From: a virus
Lineage: Duplodnaviria; Heunggongvirae; Uroviricota; Caudoviricetes
DNA length: 48,538 nt
Virus record (IMG/VR): IMGVR_UViG_2740892445_000002
Reading direction: 5' to 3' (one strand)
The notes beneath the pieces were generated by a model that was not told the DNA's origin, did not search any database, and saw nothing but the letters and a program-made list of their open reading frames with translations. Positions 39,026-47,451 of the stretch are shown here, piece after piece. A program made the position numbers and the translations under genes. The first letter of the stretch is position 1. Every line of letters starts with the position of its first letter.

Positions 39026-39451
39026 TCACAGCACCACCTCCTGAAAATTCCCCTGATAAAACGCCAGCACGCGCTGCATAACTTCGCTCTTCCGGCACTC
39101 GCTACAGATTATGTTCTGACGCCTGTCATAACGACGTATTTCTCCGTCTGGTAACGACCAGATAAGGTCCGGATCAACCACAGGTGTTTTTTTCTTCAGC
39201 TTTGCCCTTGAGAGTTTTTTGCGGGCGTTTTGCCAGTCCTTACGAGCCTGTTCAGACGGGAATAACCCGTAACCAGAGTTGTATACATCACCACTGGCAA
39301 CCAGCTCTCTGGCGAGAACGCTCATCAGATATCTTGTCGCACCTGTCTTGGCTTCCAGTTGCCGTAACGTCTCGCGCCCACTCCGGCGTACTAGCTCAAC
39401 AACCTGCCCTTTAATTTTTTCTCGCTCTTCTTGTGTAAAAACTTTTGCCAC
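39026..39451 (-). CDS. hypothetical protein with C-terminal CxxC
   Basis: 141 aa ORF in early operon. Confidence 0.45.
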   Translation of the reverse strand: MAKVFTQEEREKIKGQVVELVRRSGRETLRQLEAKTGATRYLMSVLARELVASGDVYNSGYGLFPSEQARKDWQNARKKLSRAKLKKKTPVVDPDLIWSLPDGEIRRYDRRQNIICSECRKSEVMQRVLAFYQGNFQEVVL

Positions 39452-39491
39452 AAGCCCTCCTGAAAATTACCTCATGACCTGAAATAAACAC

Positions 39492-40577
39492 TTACCCCCT
39501 GAAGCCTGGCGGAATTTCGGTATCCGGTTCAGAAACATGATTCACACAACGCTGGTTGTTCGTGCCGCTTACCGGGAGCAACCAGGGGTTTTCAAAATTC
39601 CGATCCGGTCCAAAAAACGTCGTCGCTCGCTGAACAAATTCCGTTCCCGTTTTCCCGGTAGTCGCCAGGTATCTTGCGTAACGCCTCACGCCATCCAGCA
39701 TGGCCTCTGGTGGCACCCCCTCGCGTAATCTGGCCTTCCAGGCACTGAAAGCGGATTTCTTCGGGTTTGCCCCGGCACGCAACGGGTATTCCCGCCAGAC
39801 CTGTTCGAACACATCCGGATAATCCACTCGTCCCACAGGCTGCCCGGTGTTTTCCGGGACTACCTGATCGGCTTCCCGCTGAATGGCGGAATCGGCTTCA
39901 GGCTGCTGCAGTTGGTGTGATTGTTCCGGCCTTGCGGTCATCGCCTGCTGCACAGCGCCCGAATCGGCTTCCGGTGTCGTGCCTGCTGGCTGACCAAGAT
40001 TGACGTTCTGAACATCCCCTGCCTGGTTCGTGGCGATTTTTTCGCCATGAAGCATAGTATTTTTATCCTGCTCCTGTTCTTTCTCCTGTTCCTGTTCTTG
40101 GCTTAGAAGCCCCTTTAAAGCCTCTTCGAAGCCCCTTGCTGAATTCCGGCGATTATTCCGCCTCACATCCAGATGGAAATCCGTTTTATATCTGTCGTAA
40201 AAGGCTGACAGAAAGGCGTTTTCAGGTAATGATGCATACTCATTCCTGACACCTGCACAACGGTTATCTCCAGGCTTCAACGTTTCCCCAACCTGCCAGG
40301 CTGCCATTTCATGGACCCAGACCATCTCGGCATCATGGTCATAGCTACAAAAACCAGCTTCAACAGCCCTTTTAAGCCCCTTCGAAGCCCCTTCCGGACC
40401 AAGCCCGGTTTCATGAGCAAGGTACAAAACTGGCAGGTAATACAAACCCAACATATTTGCGTGAGGGGATGTCATCAGGTAAAAAGCAACAACTTGCGCT
40501 TCTGCACCCGCCTTTCTAAGTTCTCTCCCCGTTTCTCCCAGCCAGAATCGCGGGGAAACTTTTGCATAATCACGCAT
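39492..40577 (-). CDS. putative replication protein (YdaU/DUF1376-like)
   Basis: Start set at MRDYAKVSPRFW... behind GACGAGGTG; N-terminal region resembles Rac YdaU-type proteins. Confidence 0.55.
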   Translation of the reverse strand: MRDYAKVSPRFWLGETGRELRKAGAEAQVVAFYLMTSPHANMLGLYYLPVLYLAHETGLGPEGASKGLKRAVEAGFCSYDHDAEMVWVHEMAAWQVGETLKPGDNRCAGVRNEYASLPENAFLSAFYDRYKTDFHLDVRRNNRRNSARGFEEALKGLLSQEQEQEKEQEQDKNTMLHGEKIATNQAGDVQNVNLGQPAGTTPEADSGAVQQAMTARPEQSHQLQQPEADSAIQREADQVVPENTGQPVGRVDYPDVFEQVWREYPLRAGANPKKSAFSAWKARLREGVPPEAMLDGVRRYARYLATTGKTGTEFVQRATTFFGPDRNFENPWLLPVSGTNNQRCVNHVSEPDTEIPPGFRG

Positions 40578-40603
40578 GTTCACCTCGTCTGGAGCCAAAC
40601 CTT

Positions 40604-40647
40604 CCTCTGGTTATAATCTGTGATTCACTAATCAACAGAACCAGAGG
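40604..40647. promoter_or_regulatory. 9-bp perfect inverted repeat flanking a TATAAT hexamer upstream of the plus-strand gene
   Basis: CCTCTGGTT-26 nt-AACCAGAGG with TATAAT at about 40612-40617 and GAGGAGG Shine-Dalgarno at about 40643. Confidence 0.45.
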
Positions 40648-40656
40648 AGGTTCGAA

Positions 40657-41052
40657 ATGGATTTTGCAACTATCACAAGTAGCGTTGTGTTGAGTGCGTG
40701 TGTTGCTGGCGTGGTTTCGCTGGTTAATGGTGCCTGGCAACGCAAATCGGAACGAACCATTGAAGCGCAACGCCGGGCTGCTGAAGCCAGAGCAAAAATA
40801 AGAGAAATGGCTCTCACCCTCGCATTGAAAGAATGGGAGCTCCACCAAACCATATCGAAGGCAAAGGGGTATGGTGTCAGCGGCCCAGAAGTTTACGTCT
40901 TTCGATACTTTCGTATGCTCAACCTGATGGAGGAAGACAAATTCACGATTGAAAATCTCAGACTGATCCAGTACGACTCCATGTGTGCTGTTGCAGCAAT
41001 TCAGGCAGAGATCGAGCGATATCGGGAGAAAAACGGCCTCCCGATGCCATAA
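40657..41052 (+). CDS. membrane-anchored hypothetical protein (opposite strand to early operon)
   Basis: 131 aa, N-terminal TM helix (FATITSSVVLSACVAGVVSLV) then helical domain; strong Shine-Dalgarno. Confidence 0.55.
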   Translation: MDFATITSSVVLSACVAGVVSLVNGAWQRKSERTIEAQRRAAEARAKIREMALTLALKEWELHQTISKAKGYGVSGPEVYVFRYFRMLNLMEEDKFTIENLRLIQYDSMCAVAAIQAEIERYREKNGLPMP

Positions 41053-41056
41053 ACAA

Positions 41057-41278
41057 TCAGCGTTTTTCATCTTTCCAAATCCTCATATCAGGCTTGCGCC
41101 CAATGAACCGACGAAGACAATTTAAAGTCCATCGGGTGAAGTAATCCCTGAAACCAAAGAGATACCAGGTGAACAGATTCACGATAAAATGTCCGGCCAG
41201 AGCCCCACCAATACCACAGGCAAGAACAGTAAAAAAATCAGGTAGATTCACAGCCCCCTCCGTCATTGTTAACGCCAT
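41057..41278 (-). CDS. small membrane protein
   Basis: 73 aa with hydrophobic segments (FFTVLACGIGGALAGHFIVNLFTWYLFGF). Confidence 0.4.
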   Translation of the reverse strand: MALTMTEGAVNLPDFFTVLACGIGGALAGHFIVNLFTWYLFGFRDYFTRWTLNCLRRFIGRKPDMRIWKDEKR

Positions 41279-41286
41279 CCGTGCTT

Positions 41287-41712
41287 TTAGTGCATCACCA
41301 CGGCATTTCCTGCAGGGCCACCACGGTTCATCTGATTGAAACCGGCAATCGCCACTGCGACAAAATCATCAGCGTCTCTCACCAGTCGTTCCCGCGTCTC
41401 CACCAGCTCCCGAAAATAGGCTGAACTGTGGCTGCGCATTCGGGCCACCAGCAAAGGTGGCATTGCCTTTTCGATCGCTGGTAACAACGCCTGAATTTTT
41501 TCAACAGCATCAGGGGTGTCTTTCTCTACCCAGCGGAAAATTTTCTGGGTATTACGAGCTAGGGCTTCCGGATGGCTGTCGCCGTACAGTTCCGGAAATG
41601 TCATTCCCAGTTCAAAATACGCTTTGGTAATCTTCGCAGTTGGTACTTTCTCGCCATCCGGATGCGCCCAGGCATTCATCGCCATGCGGATGTGCTCATG
41701 GCTGATTTTCAT
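41287..41712 (-). CDS. YdaT-like protein (CII-position regulator of Rac-type switch)
   Basis: 141 aa starting MKISHEHI..., immediately downstream of the Cro-like gene. Confidence 0.55.
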   Translation of the reverse strand: MKISHEHIRMAMNAWAHPDGEKVPTAKITKAYFELGMTFPELYGDSHPEALARNTQKIFRWVEKDTPDAVEKIQALLPAIEKAMPPLLVARMRSHSSAYFRELVETRERLVRDADDFVAVAIAGFNQMNRGGPAGNAVVMH

Positions 41713-42019
41713 GAATCATTTGCCTCTTGATATTTCGGGTATGCTCGTTTTCGTCATTTGGTTGCTTCATCAACATATTCAGCGAATAGCATGACGAGCG
41801 TCGTAAGTATGACCAGTCAACATCAGGACGAAGTTCTTCGCACAGAACACCACCTCTTGTTGCACGTTCAATTGCTGGACATCGCTCAGCAGGCAACTGA
41901 CGTACACCTTTGATCCATTGATTTACGCTTGGAGGTGATACACCTAAAAGCCTAGCCATTGCAGATTGCCCACCGACAACAGCACACGCTCGTTTGAATG
42001 AATAGTTCTCTTTTTTCAT
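41696..42019 (-). CDS. Cro-like HTH regulator (YdaS/DicC-like)
   Basis: 107 aa, HTH ...QSAMARLLGVSPPSVNQWIKG...; divergent from repressor gene across operator repeats. Confidence 0.7.
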   Translation of the reverse strand: MKKENYSFKRACAVVGGQSAMARLLGVSPPSVNQWIKGVRQLPAERCPAIERATRGGVLCEELRPDVDWSYLRRSSCYSLNMLMKQPNDENEHTRNIKRQMIHENQP

Positions 42020-42040
42020 CGAATGAACTCCAAAAAAACA

Positions 42041-42125
42041 CGAAACAATATTAGGCGACGCCTAATACAAATGTCAATAGGCGTCGCCTAATACAAATGA
42101 AGTAGGGATTGCCTAATGCAATGAG
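42041..42125. promoter_or_regulatory. operator region (OR-like) with repeated palindrome TTAGGCG-N-CGCCTAA
   Basis: Two full copies (about 42051-42065 and 42077-42091) each followed by TACAAATG, plus a degenerate third. Confidence 0.7.
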
Positions 42126-42144
42126 CATAGGAGAGTATTAAGCA

Positions 42145-42621
42145 ATGCTTAGTGGTAAAGACTTAGGCCGAGCGATAGAGCAGGCCATTAACAAAAAAAT
42201 TGCATCAGGATCCGTCAAATCAAAGGCGGAGGTAGCGCGTCACTTCAAAGTCCAACCACCATCAATCTATGATTGGATTAAGAAAGGTTCGATAAGTAAA
42301 GATAAACTTCCAGAGCTATGGCGTTTCTTTTCTGATGTGGTTGGCCCAGAGCATTGGGGGCTTAACGAATACCCCATACCAACCTCCCTCATTTCAGATA
42401 CAAAAAGTGAACTTTTAGACATAAACAGCCTTTATCAAGCCGCCTCTGATGAAAAAAGAGCCATTGTGGCTTTTCTCTTATCAGAAAATGCCACGGAACC
42501 TAGTTGGGTTGATCATGACGTTCGCGCCTACATTTCCACAATGGAGATGAAGGTAGGTAAGTATTTGAAAGATCAAGAATCAGAACGGAAAAGCCAGAAC
42601 ATCACCAAAACGGGAACTTAA
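42145..42621 (+). CDS. CI-like prophage repressor (RacR/DicA-like HTH, no peptidase domain evident)
   Basis: 158 aa with N-terminal HTH-like region; divergent arrangement with Cro-like gene. Confidence 0.7.
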   Translation: MLSGKDLGRAIEQAINKKIASGSVKSKAEVARHFKVQPPSIYDWIKKGSISKDKLPELWRFFSDVVGPEHWGLNEYPIPTSLISDTKSELLDINSLYQAASDEKRAIVAFLLSENATEPSWVDHDVRAYISTMEMKVGKYLKDQESERKSQNITKTGT

Positions 42622-42714
42622 ACTTATATGGTCTGATGGGAATTTCCTAGAGCCCGTTATCTAGCCCCCCATCACCTCTTCCACATATCATCGCCTATTA
42701 GGTTTGCGTCAAAA

Positions 42715-42760
42715 ACATTAGGCGCAGCCTATTGACAATTAATTAGGCATTACCTATAGT
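42715..42760 (+). promoter_or_regulatory. pL-like promoter TTGACA-17-TATAGT overlapped by operator half-sites
   Basis: Near-consensus sigma70 hexamers; TTAGGCG-like half-sites at about 42717-42734. Confidence 0.6.
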
Positions 42761-42940
42761 TCTCCCATACCAACCCACCCCGCCCACAGAACACCGGGCA
42801 ATACTTCGAGTTACCCGGCAGTGATTAGGGGTTAAGTAGCCAGCCCGAGGCGTATGAACATGACGGCGGGAACACTTTGTATAACAGCGCAGCAGGTTTT
42901 TAGTTCCGCTACCCCGGCGTTAAGGGGAAATGAGGTCAAC

Positions 42941-43093
42941 ATGGATACGCTCAATCTTAGCAACAACGAATCTCTGGTATGCGGTGTGTTCCCTAACCAG
43001 GACGGCACCTTCACCGCGATGACGTATACCAAAAGTAAAACGTTTAAAACCGCAGCTGGCGCGCATCGCTGGTTAGCAAGAAACACTGACTGA
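42941..43093 (+). CDS. small protein, YdfA-like
   Basis: About 50 aa from internal Met (MDTLNLSNNESLVCGVFPNQDGTF...), first gene after pL-like promoter. Confidence 0.4.
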   Translation: MDTLNLSNNESLVCGVFPNQDGTFTAMTYTKSKTFKTAAGAHRWLARNTD

Positions 43094-43464
43094 TGAGGTT
43101 GACGATGGAATTTAAATATTTACCGCCTTCAATCCAGGAGATTGCAGCACACACACTTCGTCATCGTCTGAACGAACTTGAATTGGAATCGGTAACAAAA
43201 AAAGACACTGATAATATGGCTCGTAATGTGCGCGATGCGTTTACTGGGCTGTTTTCAGATACAGCTTTAAATATCCATGGCACAGAGGATACAGCAAAAC
43301 AATTTGCAGAAAAAGAAGTGGAAGATCTCAGTTCAAAGAGCCAGAAACAGCCAAACAACCATGAAATTAACGAACTGCTTCTGGCAACAGGCTTCATAAA
43401 TATTAACGAATATGAACGCCGTAAAAAAATGTTATCTGATCAATCCATCAAGATATCTTTTTAG
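43093..43464 (+). CDS. hypothetical protein
   Basis: 123 aa ORF in pL-like operon. Confidence 0.45.
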   Translation: MRLTMEFKYLPPSIQEIAAHTLRHRLNELELESVTKKDTDNMARNVRDAFTGLFSDTALNIHGTEDTAKQFAEKEVEDLSSKSQKQPNNHEINELLLATGFININEYERRKKMLSDQSIKISF

Positions 43465-43626
43465 CATCAGCGTTTCTACGTTATTAAAACCATCAGATTT
43501 TAACATAGCTTCGATTCGCTGATTTAAATTGCCAACTAACTGTTGATACTGAGTAGATGGAAGCATGTGTACCAGCTCCTTGAGAACACAATAACATGCA
43601 CCAAGTTTTAACTCCTGCTCTGACAT
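43432..43626 (-). CDS. small hypothetical protein (about 64 aa) antisense-oriented within the leftward operon
   Basis: Internal Met MSEQELKLGACYCVLKEL... behind GGAGGA Shine-Dalgarno. Confidence 0.4.
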   Translation of the reverse strand: MSEQELKLGACYCVLKELVHMLPSTQYQQLVGNLNQRIEAMLKSDGFNNVETLMLKRYLDGLIR

Positions 43627-43962
43627 TTTATCCTCCATTGAGGTTACTGGTTGAGAATGGAGACCTCTCGTGACAGCGTGTGGTCGTGCGCCGGACACGG
43701 ATAAGAATCCGACACTGACAGTTTACTGAAAGGATATATCCCTGAAAAGTCAGGGCATAACACGAAAGCGCACGGCGAGATTCCTTTGCATATAAGGCTT
43801 GTCGTTAAATTTCTTCAACCGCGCGTTTCCGGTTGTGGCAATCCGCGAAATAGCGCGGCGGTAAGTATGGCGGGGCTATTCCTTCCCCCGTTGAGGACAC
43901 CGGGTTGTCAGGTTGACCATACGCTTAAGTGACACCCCAGCCACAACAACCTCTGTTATCAC

Positions 43963-44002
43963 TTTTCTGGTGATTCGGCGGAAATGGATATCCGCTCTTT
44001 TT
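43963..44002 (+). ncRNA. dicF: DicF-like small RNA
   Basis: UUUCUGGUGA 5' seed then GGCGGA-AAUGGAUA-UCCGC hairpin and U-run; downstream TTTTTAAAGTGAATTTTGTGATG..GGTGAATGCGGC matches the dicF-dicB spacer as I recall it. Confidence 0.65.
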
Positions 44003-44179
44003 AAAGTGAATTTTGTGATGCGGTGAATGCGGCCATGCGCACGCAGAACAGTTAAAACAAGCGGTCTTTTACTCGCGTAACAGACATCAACTAACAATCC
44101 GGCGTTAATTGTTAACTGGTTAACGTCACCTGGAGGCACCAGGCACGGCATCACAAAATTCATTGTTGAGGACGCGATA

Positions 44180-44368
44180 ATGGAAACGTTATTACCAAAC
44201 GTTAATACGTCTGAAGGTTGTTTTGATATTGGTGTTCTGCTCAGTAATAAAGCGTTTACTGAGGATGCCATTAATATGCGGAAATATGAGCCTTATCTGC
44301 TCAATGATAATTCCATTCTTTCCCGAATTGCCCTTATTAAACTTGGTATTTTCGGAGAACGTCAATGA
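44180..44368 (+). CDS. dicB: cell division inhibitor DicB
   Basis: 62 aa, METLLPNVNTSEGCFDIGVLLSNKAFTEDAIN... like Qin DicB. Confidence 0.85.
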   Translation: METLLPNVNTSEGCFDIGVLLSNKAFTEDAINMRKYEPYLLNDNSILSRIALIKLGIFGERQ

Positions 44369-44553
44369 CTTCAGCATTTGCACTGGTGATGACGGTTTTT
44401 CTTATAACGGGTGAATCACAGAATGTGATTACCGGAATTTATGCCAGTAAAGAATCCTGCCTCCAGGCAAGAGACGAGCAAAAAATTTCTGGTGAATGCC
44501 TCCCGGTAAAAAAAGTATCGCTGTACCTGAATAACGAAACACCGGCTGGATAA
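44365..44553 (+). CDS. YdfD-like small membrane protein
   Basis: 62 aa, N-terminal hydrophobic segment; ATGA-coupled to dicB as ydfD is in Qin. Confidence 0.55.
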   Translation: MTSAFALVMTVFLITGESQNVITGIYASKESCLQARDEQKISGECLPVKKVSLYLNNETPAG

Positions 44554-44648
44554 CCCTCCAGCCATATTAACGCCATACCAACGGATTAAAAATGCCAGCA
44601 ATGGCAGGGATTCGTTCACCCTGAAATCTGTAATGAGGTTAAAACACA

Positions 44649-47120
44649 ATGAGTAAAATCTTTATTTGCGCGGCTATTCCTGATGAACAGGCCATAAAAG
44701 AAGATAGCGCTGTTGCGGTGGCCACTGCCATTGAAGCCGGTGATGAGCGTCGCGCACGCGCAAAATTTCACTGGCAATTTCTGGAGCAATTCCCGGCAGC
44801 TCAGGACTGCGCTTATAAATTTATTGTCTGTGAGGATAAACCCGGCATACCCCGCCCTGCCCTCGATTCCTGGGATACCGAATATATGCAGGAAAACCGC
44901 TGGGATGAGGCGTCTGCTTCCTTTGTCCCGGTCGAGACTGAATCCGATCCGATGAACGTCACCTTTGACAAGCTGGCCCCTGAAGTACAGAACGCCGTCA
45001 TGGTTAAGTTCGACACATGTGAAAACATCACTGTTGATATGGTGATTAGCGCACAGGAATTGTTGCAGGAAGACATGGCAACATTCGACGGCCATATCGT
45101 TGAAGCGTTGATGAAAATGCCAGAAGTTAACGCCATGTATCCGGAGCTTAAGCTGCATGCCATCGGGTGGGTTAAGCATAAATGCAAGCCTGCTGCTAAA
45201 TGGCCCGAAATTCAGGCAGAGATGCGCATCTGGAAAAAACGTCGCGAAGGTGAACGCAAGGAAACCGGGAAATACACATCTGTCGTTGATATCGCCCGTT
45301 CCAGAGTAAACCAACAGAACACTGAAAACTCTGCTGAAAAAACCGGGGCTGTCACTGTTGCCGTTCGCCGAGAATACAAACAGACATGGAAAACACTCGA
45401 CAATGAGCTGGCCTGCGCCCTCTGGCCCGGTGATGTGAATGCGGGAAATATTGACGGTACCATCCATCGCTGGGCGACAAATGAGGTTATCGACAAGGAT
45501 CGCGAAGACTGGAAGCGTATCTCAGCATCAATGCGCAAACAGCCCGAAGCACTTGGCTATGACCGTCAGACTATTTTTGGCCTTGTCCGTGAACGTCCGA
45601 TCGACATTCACAAAGATCCCGTTGCACTGAACAAATATATCAGCGAATACCTGACAACAAAGGGCGTGTTTGAGCATGAAGAAACAGACCAGAGCTCTGC
45701 TGATGCTCTCCAGCCGTCAGCAGCACAAACTGCTCCAGTGGAGACGGCAGAATCCGATACTCAAAAAAATGAAATCCTGGTGGAAGCTGAACCATCTGTA
45801 GAGCGTGAAGGACCATTTTATTTCGTCTTTACCGATAAGGGCGAGGAAAAATACGGCAGGGCAAACAAACTTTCTGGTCTGGACAAGGCGCTGGCTGCCG
45901 GCGCTACCGAAATCTCAAAAGAGGAATATTTTGCCCGAAAAAATGGCACATATACGGGCTTACCGCAAAATGTAGATACCGCTGAAGATTCCGTACAACC
46001 AGAGCCGGTAAAAGTTACCGCTGACGAAGTAAACAAAATTATGCAGGCAGCCAATATCAGCCAGCCTGACGCCGATAAATTGCTTGCTGCATCACGTGGT
46101 GAATTTGTTGAAGGGATTAGCGACCCTAATGATCCGAAATGGGTGAAAGGGATCCAGAGTCGCAACGCTGAGGACCAGAATCAGCCCGGCGTGAAACAAA
46201 ATGAGCCAGAAGCGGAACAAAACAGCCCGGATACGCAACAAAACGGGTCAGAAGAGCAACAACCAGAACCAGCAGTGCAACAGGAAGTGGAGAAAGTTTG
46301 CACCGCATGCGGTCAGACCGGTGGCGGCAACTGTCCTGACTGTGGTGCGGTGATGGGCGACGCAACCTACCAGGAAACATTCGATGGAGAGAGCCTGGTT
46401 GAAGTTCAGGAAAATGCTCCGGAGGAAATGGAAGGCACTGAAGATCCGCACAAGGAGAACACTGACAGCGATCAGTATCACGCCAGCGATAATAAAACTG
46501 GCGAGACAGCAAATCCCTTAATTAAGGTGAACGGTCATCGTGAAATCACATCCACCAGCAGGTTGTGGCACCATCTGATGATTGACCTTGAAACAATGGG
46601 AAAAAATCCTGATGCGCCAATAAACGCTATAGCCGGTAAGTTTTTTGATCCGGCAACCGGAGAGATGGGGCCAGAATTCAGCAAAACTATCGATCTGGAA
46701 ACCGCAGGCGGGGTCATCGAACGGGACACCATTAAGTGGTGGCTGAAACAGTCACGCGAAGCACAATCCGCCATTCTGACCGATGAAATCCCGTTGGATG
46801 ATGCACTGCTGCAATTCCGGGAATTTATCGACGAAAACTCCGGTGAATTTTTTGTTCAGGTCTGGGGTAACGGTGCAACTTTCGACAACGTGATTTTACG
46901 CCGTTCATATGAACGGCAGGGGATCCCCTGCCCGTGGCGTTACACCAATGATCGCGATGTAAGAACGATGGTTGCTCTGGGACTGGTGATGGATTTCGAC
47001 GCAAGAACGACTATTCCATTCGAAGGTGAACACCATAACGCCCTGCACGATACGCGTTACCAGGCAAAATACGTTTCAGCCATCTGGCAAAAACTGATCC
47101 CGAGTCAGGCTGATTTTTAA
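44649..47120 (+). CDS. large protein with C-terminal DEDDh 3'-5' exonuclease domain
   Basis: 823 aa; C-terminal motifs IDLETMG (Exo I), GNGATFDNVIL (Exo II), HNALHDTRYQAKY (Exo III); central CxxC...CxxC. Confidence 0.75.
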   Translation: MSKIFICAAIPDEQAIKEDSAVAVATAIEAGDERRARAKFHWQFLEQFPAAQDCAYKFIVCEDKPGIPRPALDSWDTEYMQENRWDEASASFVPVETESDPMNVTFDKLAPEVQNAVMVKFDTCENITVDMVISAQELLQEDMATFDGHIVEALMKMPEVNAMYPELKLHAIGWVKHKCKPAAKWPEIQAEMRIWKKRREGERKETGKYTSVVDIARSRVNQQNTENSAEKTGAVTVAVRREYKQTWKTLDNELACALWPGDVNAGNIDGTIHRWATNEVIDKDREDWKRISASMRKQPEALGYDRQTIFGLVRERPIDIHKDPVALNKYISEYLTTKGVFEHEETDQSSADALQPSAAQTAPVETAESDTQKNEILVEAEPSVEREGPFYFVFTDKGEEKYGRANKLSGLDKALAAGATEISKEEYFARKNGTYTGLPQNVDTAEDSVQPEPVKVTADEVNKIMQAANISQPDADKLLAASRGEFVEGISDPNDPKWVKGIQSRNAEDQNQPGVKQNEPEAEQNSPDTQQNGSEEQQPEPAVQQEVEKVCTACGQTGGGNCPDCGAVMGDATYQETFDGESLVEVQENAPEEMEGTEDPHKENTDSDQYHASDNKTGETANPLIKVNGHREITSTSRLWHHLMIDLETMGKNPDAPINAIAGKFFDPATGEMGPEFSKTIDLETAGGVIERDTIKWWLKQSREAQSAILTDEIPLDDALLQFREFIDENSGEFFVQVWGNGATFDNVILRRSYERQGIPCPWRYTNDRDVRTMVALGLVMDFDARTTIPFEGEHHNALHDTRYQAKYVSAIWQKLIPSQADF

Positions 47121-47172
47121 TGTTCAACCGTCGCCAGTTGTAGTTGCTATTCTGCAACTGGCGCATTCCGGA

Positions 47173-47451
47173 GTGATGGCCATGAGCGAACAGTACCTGA
47201 TAACGCTCGACGAGTGGAAACCTAAACGGTTCAGTCTCCCAATAACAAACACTACCCTGGTGAAATACGGAAAAATGGGATACATCGTTCCAAGGCCACA
47301 AAAAATCCGTGGGCGTTGGCTGATAGATCGCCGAGCAGTATTTGTGGGTCCTGGTGAAACAGGAATTGCGCCGGAAATTCATACTGACGATGATGACGCA
47401 CTGAAGGAGATTTTAACTCATGTCACCGAGGCCACGAAAAAACAGCACTGA
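47173..47451 (+). CDS. xis: excisionase-like protein
   Basis: 92 aa basic protein immediately upstream of and overlapping integrase. Confidence 0.55.
   Translation: MMAMSEQYLITLDEWKPKRFSLPITNTTLVKYGKMGYIVPRPQKIRGRWLIDRRAVFVGPGETGIAPEIHTDDDDALKEILTHVTEATKKQH

Noticed and set aside
40570-41070. 166-aa minus-strand ORF
   Set aside because: Antisense to the better-supported plus-strand gene 40657-41052; Cys/Phe-rich unnatural composition and no RBS.
43876-44271. 131-aa minus-strand ORF
   Set aside because: Overlaps the DicF-like sRNA and dicB on the opposite strand; no RBS.
44616-45467. 283-aa minus-strand ORF
   Set aside because: Antisense overlap with the 823-aa exonuclease-domain gene; low-complexity composition.
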